Origin: an uncultured Candidatus Poseidoniales archaeon
Lineage (GTDB): Archaea > Thermoplasmatota > Poseidoniia > Poseidoniales > Poseidoniaceae
Direction of reading: 5' to 3'
Length of the DNA stretch: 64,000 nucleotides
NCBI GenBank assembly: GCA_905182725.1
Contig: CAJJCQ010000013.1
Span: forward strand, 1,849 to 65,848
Made by a program: the position numbers and the translations under genes. Shown piece after piece: positions 40,615 to 50,624 of the stretch. Within the stretch, counting starts at the first letter, position 1. Each line of letters starts with the position of its first letter. The notes beneath the pieces were generated by a model that saw only the letters and a list, made by a program, of their open reading frames with translations, was not told the DNA's origin and ran no database searches.

Positions 40615-41646
40615 ATGGCAGAGAGGGCATCGCAAAAGTCCCCTTGGGCTTCACGCTTGGCAATTCTAGGTGCTCTTTTCCTTGTCATTGGAGCAATTCT
40701 TATTTCTGCACAAAGTGAGACAATTGATTCGGTTTACGACCCTCGACAAATTTCCATCGCTCAAATTGAGGGTGAGGGGTCGGTCACTTTTGATGTTCAA
40801 AAGAATGGATGCTATATGGCAATTGTCTTGGATGGTAAGTCCGACATGGATGTCACATTAACCCCCATTGACGGTTCTGCTGCTGCATCTGAAGATCTTT
40901 CACCAAAATCTTGTTTTTCGGATTGGATTCCAATGGCTTCTGACGGGGAGGCTTTTGAAATTCATGAACAATGGATTGCTGGAGAAAGTGGTGAAATGCT
41001 TGCTCAAAGTACGTGTAATGAAGGATGTGAAGGTCAAACAGTTTGGCTGGTCCATATTGATAATTGGGGGTTAAAACTTTTCGAATCGAGTGGACTGATG
41101 TTTGGATTTGGCATCTGCTGCTTAGGTTTTCTTTTCCTCCCTGTTGCTGGAATTCTTGCATACTCAGCTCGGAGTAATGCGATTCATGGCACTCTAAGAG
41201 TAGTTGGCCAAGACGAGGAAACCCTTCAATCGTTCGAAAATCATGAAGAAATGTTGGCAGCATTACACGATGTGAACAGCCCAATATACATAGGCCCCAA
41301 GAAAGAAGACATCGGAGAAATCACGGAAAGTGAGGATGGATTTGTTGATGGTTCAAAGGATGTTATGCAGGGAACACTCATGACAACTGAACAAGTCTAT
41401 GCTTTCATGAGAGGAGATGCGCCTGAAGTGGTTCACAAAGTCAGTGATCCTTTTGCTGATTCTCCAACACCTGTCATAAAAGAAGTCGAACGCCCTGTTG
41501 CGAACATTACTGAAATTTCAGATTGGGACGCCGGAGGAATAAACGAAATTCAAAAACCCTCATCCCCATCTTCTCGACTAAAACAAAAGGAAACCAGAGA
41601 GAAAAAGGCTGATTCCAAAGATTGGTCGACTTGGGATGACTTGTGA
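40615..41646 (+). CDS. Hypothetical 2-TM protein
   Basis: Two TM segments; acidic tail ending WSTWDDL. Confidence 0.7.
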   Translation: MAERASQKSPWASRLAILGALFLVIGAILISAQSETIDSVYDPRQISIAQIEGEGSVTFDVQKNGCYMAIVLDGKSDMDVTLTPIDGSAAASEDLSPKSCFSDWIPMASDGEAFEIHEQWIAGESGEMLAQSTCNEGCEGQTVWLVHIDNWGLKLFESSGLMFGFGICCLGFLFLPVAGILAYSARSNAIHGTLRVVGQDEETLQSFENHEEMLAALHDVNSPIYIGPKKEDIGEITESEDGFVDGSKDVMQGTLMTTEQVYAFMRGDAPEVVHKVSDPFADSPTPVIKEVERPVANITEISDWDAGGINEIQKPSSPSSRLKQKETREKKADSKDWSTWDDL

Positions 41647-41837
41647 AGAATTGATTGTATTGTATTACTTTCAAGTCACAGATGCCTTGTTTCTTCTGCA
41701 ATTTTAACACTCATTGTTTCTACTGTATGCTTAATGAAAGGCTCGAATGGCAACCGTGACTCTACCTCTATGTGAGGCGTAAAGCGATTGTATTGAGCGA
41801 CGGATTCAAAGGGTGCTTATGTCTAGGTAACTCCGAG

Positions 41838-42602
41838 TTGACCAGTGTGGAAGATATTGACACCGCCCTAACCCTGCTTCAAAACAAGCTACGTCGACAG
41901 ATTCTCGAACGGTTAGTTCGTGAACCGCACTACCCTATGCAACTTGCTGATTTGCTCAATGTGAGTCAACAAGCAATCGTCAAACATTTACGTGAATTGG
42001 AACGTGGAAATTTTGTAACCAAAATGAAAGTAGCGAGTGAGAAAGGTGGACCTCCTCGGACCATTTACAGTGTACAACAGTCGATTTCTCTACGAATAGA
42101 CCTCGGGCCAGACTTATTCCTTTGCGAACAACGAAGCCTACCAGCAGGAGGGCCGATGAGATTATCCAATCGTTTACCAGATACGACTGAGCATGTGGTT
42201 AAATCCGTCAGTGGACGCAAGAAAATCTCTGTTGGTGAAGGAATGGCTCATATTCAACATCTTAACAGCGTACTCGAAGGAATCGATGCTCAAAGAGATG
42301 CAGTTATCGCTTTACATCAGCATATTCGGAATCGTATATCGGCAGGAGTTGATGCCGACTTTGATCATTACCAACAACGGACCATGGTCCACAGCATTAT
42401 CGAGGCGCCTGAACGGAAGTTAGACCTCACCGATTTACGCAGAGAATTACAACTTGGACAAACCGAAATGGCAACCTTACTCGATGAGGTCCGTAACCGG
42501 CTTGAACGCCAATTATCAGACCGTTCCGGGCATGTCATCGCTGTTCCAAACAACTCTGACCTCCGATTCTGGCTCGGTTCACTTCCTCGAAAGAAGGAGT
42601 GA
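41838..42602 (+). CDS. ArsR family transcriptional regulator
   Basis: N.LRRQIL..L..EP.YP.QLA..L.VSQQAIVKHL, GPPR.IY; start uncertain (ORF opens at 41772). Confidence 0.85.
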   Translation: MTSVEDIDTALTLLQNKLRRQILERLVREPHYPMQLADLLNVSQQAIVKHLRELERGNFVTKMKVASEKGGPPRTIYSVQQSISLRIDLGPDLFLCEQRSLPAGGPMRLSNRLPDTTEHVVKSVSGRKKISVGEGMAHIQHLNSVLEGIDAQRDAVIALHQHIRNRISAGVDADFDHYQQRTMVHSIIEAPERKLDLTDLRRELQLGQTEMATLLDEVRNRLERQLSDRSGHVIAVPNNSDLRFWLGSLPRKKE

Positions 42603-42614
42603 AGTTTTACCGAA

Positions 42615-45600
42615 TCAGGAGTCGTTACCGGCCAAGACCGATACAAGAGAAGATTGCTCAGCCTTTCGGTCCAAGACATCCTGTCGTCGTCCACGTCCAA
42701 CGAGGTAAACCACGCCGAACAATGCGAGTGTCAAGAGAATCACTGCGAATGGAAGGGCCGTTTTACCGACGACTTCACCTGCAACGTCCAAAATGCCACC
42801 GGTTGATTGCAATTCATTCTCAACACGCTTGATGTTATCACTTTCTTGTGTTTCCACGATTGAATTCGAAGGATCAACAATCACATAGACGCCATGACTA
42901 CCAGCAGATACTGGGTAGAGAAGAACTAATTCGATTTCCTTGTAATCTTCAGAATTATCAGGTGCAAGAAGAGCTCCAATGACTTGACGCATGACGATGT
43001 TTTCATCAGCGCATCCATTTTTCTTAATTTCATTAAGCGTATCAACATCGGAATTTGGATACTCACACAATATAATTTCAATATCAGTCGCATGTGTGTT
43101 TCCGTTGTTTTGCAGAACAACACGTATTGGGATGGTTGTATCAACATCACCTGTGAAGTCAGATGCGGTTACTTCAGAAATAACCAAGTTCGGAGCACGC
43201 AGTCGAAGTGTAACAATGAATTCATTCGTATCAAGATTCTCAGCAGCCCAAGATGGTGAATCATCGTGGTCGCCATCTTCGAGCATGTTGCCCATCTTTG
43301 AAACGACCTTGAGACCAATGCTACGAGTGTCGAGTTTTGCAGATGGTGCAATCTTCACAATAGCAACAACAGGATAAGTCGTGTAAGGGTCCATCATTGG
43401 CATGAAGTAACGCTCATCGGATTCGAGATAAACACAACGGTCGCTCAGATCTGCAAAGACTGTTGCAGGATCGATTGATGCGTCTTCGTCTCCAGTGACT
43501 GTGGCGATTGATGCAACCGTTTCACATTCTTCTTCGGTTGTCAAATCAGTTCCAATTTGCTTCACCAAGCGCCATTCGACAGCCCAGCCATCAAGTGCGC
43601 CCATTCCAGGCAACTCATTCCAAATCAATGCTTCACCATCACGGCTAGCAGTGTGATTGTTGAGGGTTGGCCAGTCAGGAACGTTTCCATTATTGGTGAT
43701 GTTCAATTCGAAACGAACAATACGCCCAGGAGCCGATGTCTTGATGGCGTTATCGACTGTTGAATCCATGCTGATTTGCATGTCATAGAATTCCTGCACA
43801 TAGACTGGAATAGTCTGTGTGTAGCGTAGTCGAGTAAGTCGGCCACTGGCATCAGGATATGATTCTTCAGAGAAGGTCTGGAAGACAACCATGTACACAC
43901 CTGCTTCAACTTGATCTGGTACATTCATATCAATCTCGAAGATTTGGTCGGTATCACGGGACAGTTCCTTGAGTGTTTCACGAGGTACATCGATGTCCCA
44001 GATGACGTCGACGCCTGCTGGGTCAGTGACTCGAGCAAGACGGTAATCGAATCGATCAGGACCGTTACCAAGATTCATAACCGTGGTTGTTAGACTGACT
44101 TGTTGACCTGGATTCACTGGGAGGACTTCTTGTCCGTTCAGTGTCATCATGTCTTCATCAGCGATGTCGGCACTTGCAATCAAAGAGTACACGTGGTTGA
44201 CATTGGTTGAGAGAATCTTAGAGGCTGAAATTCGCGGATATCCGTCGAGGTATGCTTTGAGAATCACAGCAGGTCCAAGACCAGCAGAGGCGCCCGTTGG
44301 AGCACAAACTTCTACGCCAACTTCGTACGTGACATATTCTGCACCAGGTGGAAGCGTCCAAGCTCTTGGTTCACTCATTTCAATTGAATTGCCACCAGGG
44401 GCATTAGAAAAGTCGAGGGTCAAAACCCAGTTGTCAACTCTCCATGCATCCATCGAAATGGTATCTGGTTTCGCATCAGGTGCACCTGGAGTGACGAAGA
44501 CGAGATTGCCAGAATCGAAATTCTTAGTGACGTCAATTGGATAGGTTACACATTCTCCAGGGTCAACGTATTCACTGGTATCGAATATTTCCATGACGAT
44601 ATTTCCAGTTGAACGGATGGATACGAATACACCGAGTTCGAGAACGTCGTAGGTTCCTTTTTCGATTGACTTGATCGGTTCGCCTTCAGACCAACCTTTG
44701 AGATAAATCACAAACGCACCGGGATCTTCAGATGTAGGGACAAGAACTTCGAGGTTCTTCGTCACTGATTGTCCAGGGTCTAATTCAACACTGGTTGGGA
44801 AGTTAACAGCCCAGTTAAACGGTAAGAGCCATTCTTGTTGGCCTTCCAAGGTGTAAGGGTCCCAGAAGATAAATCGGTCATTGACGTTACCTGTATTGGT
44901 AATGGTTATTGAGAAAATCGCTGTCTGTCCTTGTTCAACATCTGCCATACTGTGCGAAGTATCGAGATTTATTCCGTGTACGACATCCATAAGCGTACGA
45001 GTGATGATGTCGGATTGGATCGCTGGATCTTTGTACGATTTCGCAGTTACAGTAATATCTGCAAGTTGGTCTGCATCAGCTTGGTAAACAGACGGGGCAC
45101 GAATGCGCATGTAGAACCGGATATCTTCTCCACCTTCGAGGAAGATGGCCGTATCTGGCATGATGGTCGTGTGGTTGTCAGCAAAGAACAATGTCGCTGT
45201 CCAATTTTGAGGGACTCCAGAAATGTTGAGTCCGAATGTATCTGCGACGAGGTCTTTTGGACCAGGTGTCGAATTGTTCATTGTCATGTTGTAGATGGTT
45301 TGTTCTCCAGGTTCAATAACGTGGTAGAATGTTTCTCCATCTTGGAATTCAACATCGACTTGGCCGGTGAGAACGTGTGAATAACAAATCGTAAAGCGAT
45401 TGTTATTGGCTTCTTCACTGCATTTGTTGGTATCAGACCAAGCAATATGCGCACCGCTGCCCAAATCATTGGAGAATGCTGGTGGCATTCCGATGCTTGG
45501 CTGGCTGCCAGAATTTGGGCCAAGTTTGTTACTTGCCCACGAAGTGACTGCAACTGCGTCCCAAGGATCTAATGCAGTAATACCAGGTCCGGTAAGGTCG

Positions 45601-47702
45601 GTAGAATTCAAACGAGTGTAGAGGATTTCTTCATCGGCTGTTGCGTTTCCTGAATCAACCCAAGCGATGTGGATGTTGTTTTGATCATCGGTCAAAAGAG
45701 CAGGGAACACAGAGTTGCCGCCGTATGGGCGGTTACCAGGGATTCCAGAGTTGCCTTCAACGTTCGAGATTGGGGTGTCTTGGATTTTCTTAATTGCGTA
45801 AGTGGAAAGACCTTGATCTGCTCCATCCCAAGCACCTGCTCCTTGCAAGCGGAGTTTGGTGTAGAAGACTTCGTAATTGACGCCCTTTTCGAAACCATAG
45901 TTTCGGCCATCCATCCAAGCAATGTGTGTGTTGCCTTTCATGTCCACGCCAATCGAAGGGTGGAAGGAATAAGCGTCATCGATGGTCACTCGAGTGTCGT
46001 TGACGACTACGAGGTGCCCGTCTGCGCCAGCACCGGTATCTTCGGCGTATGCACCGCCAACGATTGAGTGGCCGGTTGCGCCAGGCGTCCATGTAGGGTC
46101 GTTATTCATCTTGCCATAGGGGTCAAGAACAGACATGTAGATTTCACGGGAGTTGTTGGTCGAGATGTAGACCATTGCTTCGACCAGAAGGGCCATTGCG
46201 TTGCTACCGCCGGATCCCGACGGGAATTCGTAGGCTTGACCGCCGGCGTCAGAATTTCGGAGTGTATTGCCCGGGCAGTTACGGGTTGAAGTTGAAACAA
46301 CACTGTTCGGGCATTGAACCAAGTCCATGAAGTGGGATTGGATGTTTCCAGCGCCACCGTAGCCTTGGCCGTAGAGGCCGACTGGAATGACACCAGCATT
46401 GATACAGTTATCGTGAGCCTCTTCGATAGAGGTCAAGTCATCTGCTTGTTGAGATGGGTCACCGTCTTTTGGTCCTTCATCAGAAACGGGGATGACAATC
46501 TTGGTTGCGTTCGGGTTCCACTTGTGGTCGTCTTGAGTTGGAGGGTTACCTGGAACGTTGCCAGATGCATCCTTCCAAGACAAACAAGCCCAGTTGCTTC
46601 CAGGGCCCCAATCTTCACCGGAGTATCCGGAATAGGTATTGCCGTTGTAAACAGTACCCGGCAACTTGCGAATTCCACCGGAATCGTCACCTGGGAATTG
46701 TCCGAGAGCGGTTGTTCGAGGGCCTGCGTTTTGGTTATATCCTGCACAGTTACCGGAGCTTGCTGCGCCAGGGAGTGTGTTTCCAAGACCGTAGATTGTT
46801 TCGTAAACGGTCATGTTTGCAGTTTCAAGCATTGGCTTAATGCCTTGGAAATATCCACCAGAAGCAAAGTTTCCGCCGTAAACTACTGTGCAGATATCTG
46901 CCCACTCGGAATACATCGAACCAGATGTGTCGACAATGAAGTTCAATTCGACCTTGCCACCACGGGTATCGTCCCAGGCGATTTGAACGTAATCGTTCGC
47001 ATCGACAACGATGTCGGGGTGTCCTTTGTGCCCGATAATCGGTGTGAGTAAGGTGTCATCGAAATTCGTGATGACTGAGCCTGAACTAATGTCTGGGCTG
47101 AGCATGGTGTAGTAGATTTGAGGTTGGTTGAAGAAACGACCTAATTCATCATAGGAATCTTCCCAAGCAATGTGGACGCCGCCTTGACTGTCGATATCGA
47201 TTGCTGGCCAATCGCGGTTTTGAGCACGGCTTGATACAACGTGATCGTTGATTGCAGAGAGGGTCCCGTCGTCAGAAGCGGAACCGTCCATTGCCGCTGC
47301 CCATGGGTTAAGGACGGTATAGACGATTTTATGTTGGCCTGACTTGTCAGCCCACACGACGTGCACTTTGTCATTATCGTCGACGACCATATCAGGATGC
47401 CAGATCTTGTGAAGGCCTGGATTTGTGATTTGAGTTGTATCAATCAATGTCTCGCCACGTGGAGAAATCATTGAATAGTAAAGATGGAGGTTGTTTCGAG
47501 CCCAAACGACGTGGACGTTTCCTTCGCTGTCGGAACCGACTGCTGTTTGTGTATCTGCCGAAGTTCCACCGTCGACGATTTGAATCGCATCGGTGATAAC
47601 AACAGTATTTGCTGTGGCAGTAAGAGTTGTCAAGAACAACGTCGAAAGGACGGAGAGCAACATAATCGATACAAGGCTGACTGACTTTATTTTTTGACCC
47701 AT
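42615..47702 (-). CDS. Large membrane-anchored cell-surface protein (beta-propeller-like repeats, vWA-like insert, Ig/NEW3/CARDB-like domains)
   Basis: Signal peptide; repeated D..GNVHVVW/HIAW.D; IVDTSGSM + VSDE; N.GN..D repeats; VDP.N.I.E..E.DN; C-terminal TM. Confidence 0.85.
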   Translation of the reverse strand: MGQKIKSVSLVSIMLLSVLSTLFLTTLTATANTVVITDAIQIVDGGTSADTQTAVGSDSEGNVHVVWARNNLHLYYSMISPRGETLIDTTQITNPGLHKIWHPDMVVDDNDKVHVVWADKSGQHKIVYTVLNPWAAAMDGSASDDGTLSAINDHVVSSRAQNRDWPAIDIDSQGGVHIAWEDSYDELGRFFNQPQIYYTMLSPDISSGSVITNFDDTLLTPIIGHKGHPDIVVDANDYVQIAWDDTRGGKVELNFIVDTSGSMYSEWADICTVVYGGNFASGGYFQGIKPMLETANMTVYETIYGLGNTLPGAASSGNCAGYNQNAGPRTTALGQFPGDDSGGIRKLPGTVYNGNTYSGYSGEDWGPGSNWACLSWKDASGNVPGNPPTQDDHKWNPNATKIVIPVSDEGPKDGDPSQQADDLTSIEEAHDNCINAGVIPVGLYGQGYGGAGNIQSHFMDLVQCPNSVVSTSTRNCPGNTLRNSDAGGQAYEFPSGSGGSNAMALLVEAMVYISTNNSREIYMSVLDPYGKMNNDPTWTPGATGHSIVGGAYAEDTGAGADGHLVVVNDTRVTIDDAYSFHPSIGVDMKGNTHIAWMDGRNYGFEKGVNYEVFYTKLRLQGAGAWDGADQGLSTYAIKKIQDTPISNVEGNSGIPGNRPYGGNSVFPALLTDDQNNIHIAWVDSGNATADEEILYTRLNSTDLTGPGITALDPWDAVAVTSWASNKLGPNSGSQPSIGMPPAFSNDLGSGAHIAWSDTNKCSEEANNNRFTICYSHVLTGQVDVEFQDGETFYHVIEPGEQTIYNMTMNNSTPGPKDLVADTFGLNISGVPQNWTATLFFADNHTTIMPDTAIFLEGGEDIRFYMRIRAPSVYQADADQLADITVTAKSYKDPAIQSDIITRTLMDVVHGINLDTSHSMADVEQGQTAIFSITITNTGNVNDRFIFWDPYTLEGQQEWLLPFNWAVNFPTSVELDPGQSVTKNLEVLVPTSEDPGAFVIYLKGWSEGEPIKSIEKGTYDVLELGVFVSIRSTGNIVMEIFDTSEYVDPGECVTYPIDVTKNFDSGNLVFVTPGAPDAKPDTISMDAWRVDNWVLTLDFSNAPGGNSIEMSEPRAWTLPPGAEYVTYEVGVEVCAPTGASAGLGPAVILKAYLDGYPRISASKILSTNVNHVYSLIASADIADEDMMTLNGQEVLPVNPGQQVSLTTTVMNLGNGPDRFDYRLARVTDPAGVDVIWDIDVPRETLKELSRDTDQIFEIDMNVPDQVEAGVYMVVFQTFSEESYPDASGRLTRLRYTQTIPVYVQEFYDMQISMDSTVDNAIKTSAPGRIVRFELNITNNGNVPDWPTLNNHTASRDGEALIWNELPGMGALDGWAVEWRLVKQIGTDLTTEEECETVASIATVTGDEDASIDPATVFADLSDRCVYLESDERYFMPMMDPYTTYPVVAIVKIAPSAKLDTRSIGLKVVSKMGNMLEDGDHDDSPSWAAENLDTNEFIVTLRLRAPNLVISEVTASDFTGDVDTTIPIRVVLQNNGNTHATDIEIILCEYPNSDVDTLNEIKKNGCADENIVMRQVIGALLAPDNSEDYKEIELVLLYPVSAGSHGVYVIVDPSNSIVETQESDNIKRVENELQSTGGILDVAGEVVGKTALPFAVILLTLALFGVVYLVGRGRRQDVLDRKAEQSSLVSVLAGNDS

Positions 47703-47811
47703 AAATACACATCCAAGGTGATACTGAAGAAAAGCACACTCTCATGCTACTTAATAGCAACTCTTTCAAGTCATTTTTTTAATTCGGAAACGGAGTGCCG
47801 AAACCGAGGCA

Positions 47812-48459
47812 TTAAGCCCATTCAGAAGGATCAAAACCAGAGCCAAAAGACATCTTTTCATCGAATTCAATTTCGTGATGTGTCGACTGGTCCGGACCTT
47901 CGTTTGACACTGGAGGGACATCTTTTCCTTCCTGTTTGGCTTTCACCCAATCATCGACCGGTCCGGGCTTTCCGACTCCGGGGCCGTGTGTGAATTTGAT
48001 CTCATGAATTATTCCGAGCTTTGCGAGCCATAATCTTCTGAGGGTGTGCATAAATTCGTTCTTGGTTAAGCCATCAAACCAAAGAGGTAAACTCACATTG
48101 AAGGCTTGAAGAGGTCCGATTTTTTGATCTCCTTGGTGGCCCATGTGGATTCCCCAATCGACGCTGGTGCGTATCAATTGAAGACGAACATCGTGAATCC
48201 ATTCCAACCATGTATCGTTATCTTCTTTCATATGAGTCGCCATTTCCTTTTGTTGGCCTTCATCGACTCGGGTCATACTGGAAACGGCAACGAGGTCTCG
48301 ACCTTTTGGAATGACCACGGCGAACATGTGGCCTTGAGGGCCCTGGGGATAACGAATAAGCAGATGAATTTCTGCGCGTGGATCTTTTTGCTCTTTTGCA
48401 ACAAGTCGTTCTTGTTCGACCCATTTACGGATTTTGAGAATCGCTTCCTCACTCGCCAT
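47812..48459 (-). CDS. DUF2299-like archaeal protein
   Basis: KIRKWV.QE N-terminus and DGLTKNEF motif. Confidence 0.6.
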   Translation of the reverse strand: MASEEAILKIRKWVEQERLVAKEQKDPRAEIHLLIRYPQGPQGHMFAVVIPKGRDLVAVSSMTRVDEGQQKEMATHMKEDNDTWLEWIHDVRLQLIRTSVDWGIHMGHQGDQKIGPLQAFNVSLPLWFDGLTKNEFMHTLRRLWLAKLGIIHEIKFTHGPGVGKPGPVDDWVKAKQEGKDVPPVSNEGPDQSTHHEIEFDEKMSFGSGFDPSEWA

Positions 48460-48507
48460 GAAGAGCCGAAGCACTCCTCTCGTTTGAAGAACACCCTTTT
48501 TGAAACC

Positions 48508-50130
48508 TTACAGTTTATCCATCTCAGCATGAAGGTTTTTCAATGCTCCGCGGAGATTTTGACGATTTGTTTTATTGAATCTCAAACGGCGAAGAGCACG
48601 TTGGAAGTCACACCAATCATCCCATAGCAACGTCGATGTTCTTCCACTGAGCCAAAAACACGGTGGAAGCGCGACGAGGAATGTACCCATTGCCGCAGTT
48701 ACATGGAGAGAAGAGGACCCGTATATTGAATACCAATCGAAACCGATGAGCGATTCTACAGAGTCGTGATACATGTGTTCAATTCCTAATCCCCCAAGTG
48801 CCATGAAAGGCCAAAACATCAGAGAGCCAAACATTGCTGCGAGAAACTGGTACGAAGTTCGGGCATCGACTCCTTCATCGGTTGAATCTCCAAGAAGCCT
48901 TCCGATTGCAATCTGGGGAGTAAAACAAAACAGGAACATTGGTAATAAAGCCAAGAAGAAAGGCAATCGTACCAATTTCTGAATAATTCGCAGAGGGCGG
49001 ACCTTGCGTAAATCAGTACCCGATGCATTGAGGTCTCGGCCATCCAATTGTTGTGCTTGTAATAATCCCGATACCGCTTTAGCGGGCTTGATGGCAGGAC
49101 TTGTGATGACGGGTAATTCGGAATTATCAATTATTTTTTCATCCGATAATGGGGGTTGTAACAAGGTGCGGAAGACCCGTGCAGCTTCGACTTCTTGCTT
49201 CCATGAAAGAAGCGGTTGATTGGCCCTTCTCGACTCGACATGGCCCAAAATATGGAGTGCGTTGTTTTCATCCCAATCATGCGCATTTGGAGTCATAGGT
49301 GTGAGTTGGAGTCGGAGAGCATCACGGAGAGCATAGACATTCTCAGCAGCAGGTTCAACCCAATTCCCTTTGGACACTGCTTCGACGAGGTCGTTTGGAA
49401 TATCTTCTGCTTGAAGAGAGTGAGGTGGACCGTATTCAATCCACACATCTGTTCGGAAATGATCCCGTCTCCTGAAATGTAAGCCGGTTGGAATCACTGC
49501 TGGAATTGGTTTACCCTCTGATTTCGCAATGGCTGCTGCTGCAAAAACGGTACGGAATGGTCCTGTTCTAAAGCGAAGCATCGATGAATCATTGTGGCTG
49601 GTGCCTTCGGGAAACAGCACACATCCGAAGCCTGCGGAAATTCCTTGGGCCAGCATCAAAAGAGAACGGCCATTGATTTGTGTCGCTTCTTCCTCACTGC
49701 ACCCGCCTCGTAAAAGTTCTGCTTTACGGACAACAGGTTGTACTGCTAATTTCCGAGTCCACCACCCGAGGAAGGGCCGGGTTACCAAATCATGACGGCC
49801 CCCCATTACGAAATTATTCGGATGTTTTAGTACAATTTGCAGTGGGTCCATGAGACCGTTCGTGTGCCATGCACAACAGAGATTACCGCGGTCAAGAGGT
49901 AAGGTTTCGGTACCTGTGACTTCACTGGTTCGGAACTGAACTGCAAGGATTCGGCGAGCAATCCAAAAAGCAATGTTCGACCAAACAAAGGAGCCCGGGG
50001 TATTGCCGTCGAAAGATGGCATTGGCGTTGATAATAATTTATCCATTTTCATCTTCGTTGCCGACTTTGAGAGTACTGGCAAATCTTCACCGTGATGATC
50101 TGTATTCGTTGAGTCTTGTGAATTCGTCAA
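48508..50130 (-). CDS. Glycerol-3-phosphate/lysophospholipid acyltransferase (PlsC superfamily)
   Basis: HTNGLMD, PVVR, FPEGTSH, IPTG; C-terminal TM segments. Confidence 0.88.
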   Translation of the reverse strand: MTNSQDSTNTDHHGEDLPVLSKSATKMKMDKLLSTPMPSFDGNTPGSFVWSNIAFWIARRILAVQFRTSEVTGTETLPLDRGNLCCAWHTNGLMDPLQIVLKHPNNFVMGGRHDLVTRPFLGWWTRKLAVQPVVRKAELLRGGCSEEEATQINGRSLLMLAQGISAGFGCVLFPEGTSHNDSSMLRFRTGPFRTVFAAAAIAKSEGKPIPAVIPTGLHFRRRDHFRTDVWIEYGPPHSLQAEDIPNDLVEAVSKGNWVEPAAENVYALRDALRLQLTPMTPNAHDWDENNALHILGHVESRRANQPLLSWKQEVEAARVFRTLLQPPLSDEKIIDNSELPVITSPAIKPAKAVSGLLQAQQLDGRDLNASGTDLRKVRPLRIIQKLVRLPFFLALLPMFLFCFTPQIAIGRLLGDSTDEGVDARTSYQFLAAMFGSLMFWPFMALGGLGIEHMYHDSVESLIGFDWYSIYGSSSLHVTAAMGTFLVALPPCFWLSGRTSTLLWDDWCDFQRALRRLRFNKTNRQNLRGALKNLHAEMDKL

Positions 50131-50567
50131 AGTATCACCTCTTGGAGATTCGAAGAAAGGGCGTGTAAGGCGTCATGGTCTGCTTCCTCGCCCATCGGTG
50201 GAGCATGTGGCCACATAGCCTGTAAGGTAGAGCCACCATCGCCTGAATGGCGGGGAATGACATGCGCATGGACGTGCGGAACTTCTTGACCTGCTAATGG
50301 GCCATCGTGGATACATACGGTGAAATCTTCTGTTTCAAAATGCTTGGAAAGGATACGTTGTACTTCAACTACGCCGGCAAATAAAGCATCTCTCGAAGCT
50401 GGAGAAAGTTCGGAAAGGCGTTGCACGCTTTGCTTTGGAATGACCAGTGTGTGGCCTTCCCGGCGCGGGAAGATGTCCAAGAATGAATACCACAATTCAT
50501 CTTCAGCAACTTTGTGTGAGGGGAGGCTTCCCTCTACGATTCGGTCGAACAAGGTGGGCTCAGCCAT
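50127..50567 (-). CDS. HIT family hydrolase
   Basis: FLDIFP...GHTLVIPK, GQEVPHVHAHVIPR. Confidence 0.95.
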   Translation of the reverse strand: MAEPTLFDRIVEGSLPSHKVAEDELWYSFLDIFPRREGHTLVIPKQSVQRLSELSPASRDALFAGVVEVQRILSKHFETEDFTVCIHDGPLAGQEVPHVHAHVIPRHSGDGGSTLQAMWPHAPPMGEEADHDALHALSSNLQEVIL

Positions 50568-50624
50568 AGCCTCGCTAAATGGCATCCCTTTTCAGTAGTT
50601 CACCAAAATCTCGATGATTTAGAA

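Noticed and set aside
41647..41830. AT-rich gap as a replication origin
   Set aside because: No ORB-like repeats with G-strings and no cdc6/orc1 nearby; more simply a terminator plus the ArsR promoter
46314..47051. Long antisense ORFs (this 245-aa one, 39807-40460, 34107-34670)
   Set aside because: Shadows of codon-biased genuine genes on the opposite strand; no motifs
47783..47806. TCGG-AAA-CGG-AGTG-CCG-AAA-CCGA symmetric element as a terminator or RNA
   Set aside because: Only short stems, and the adjacent T-run is on the wrong strand for the upstream minus-strand gene
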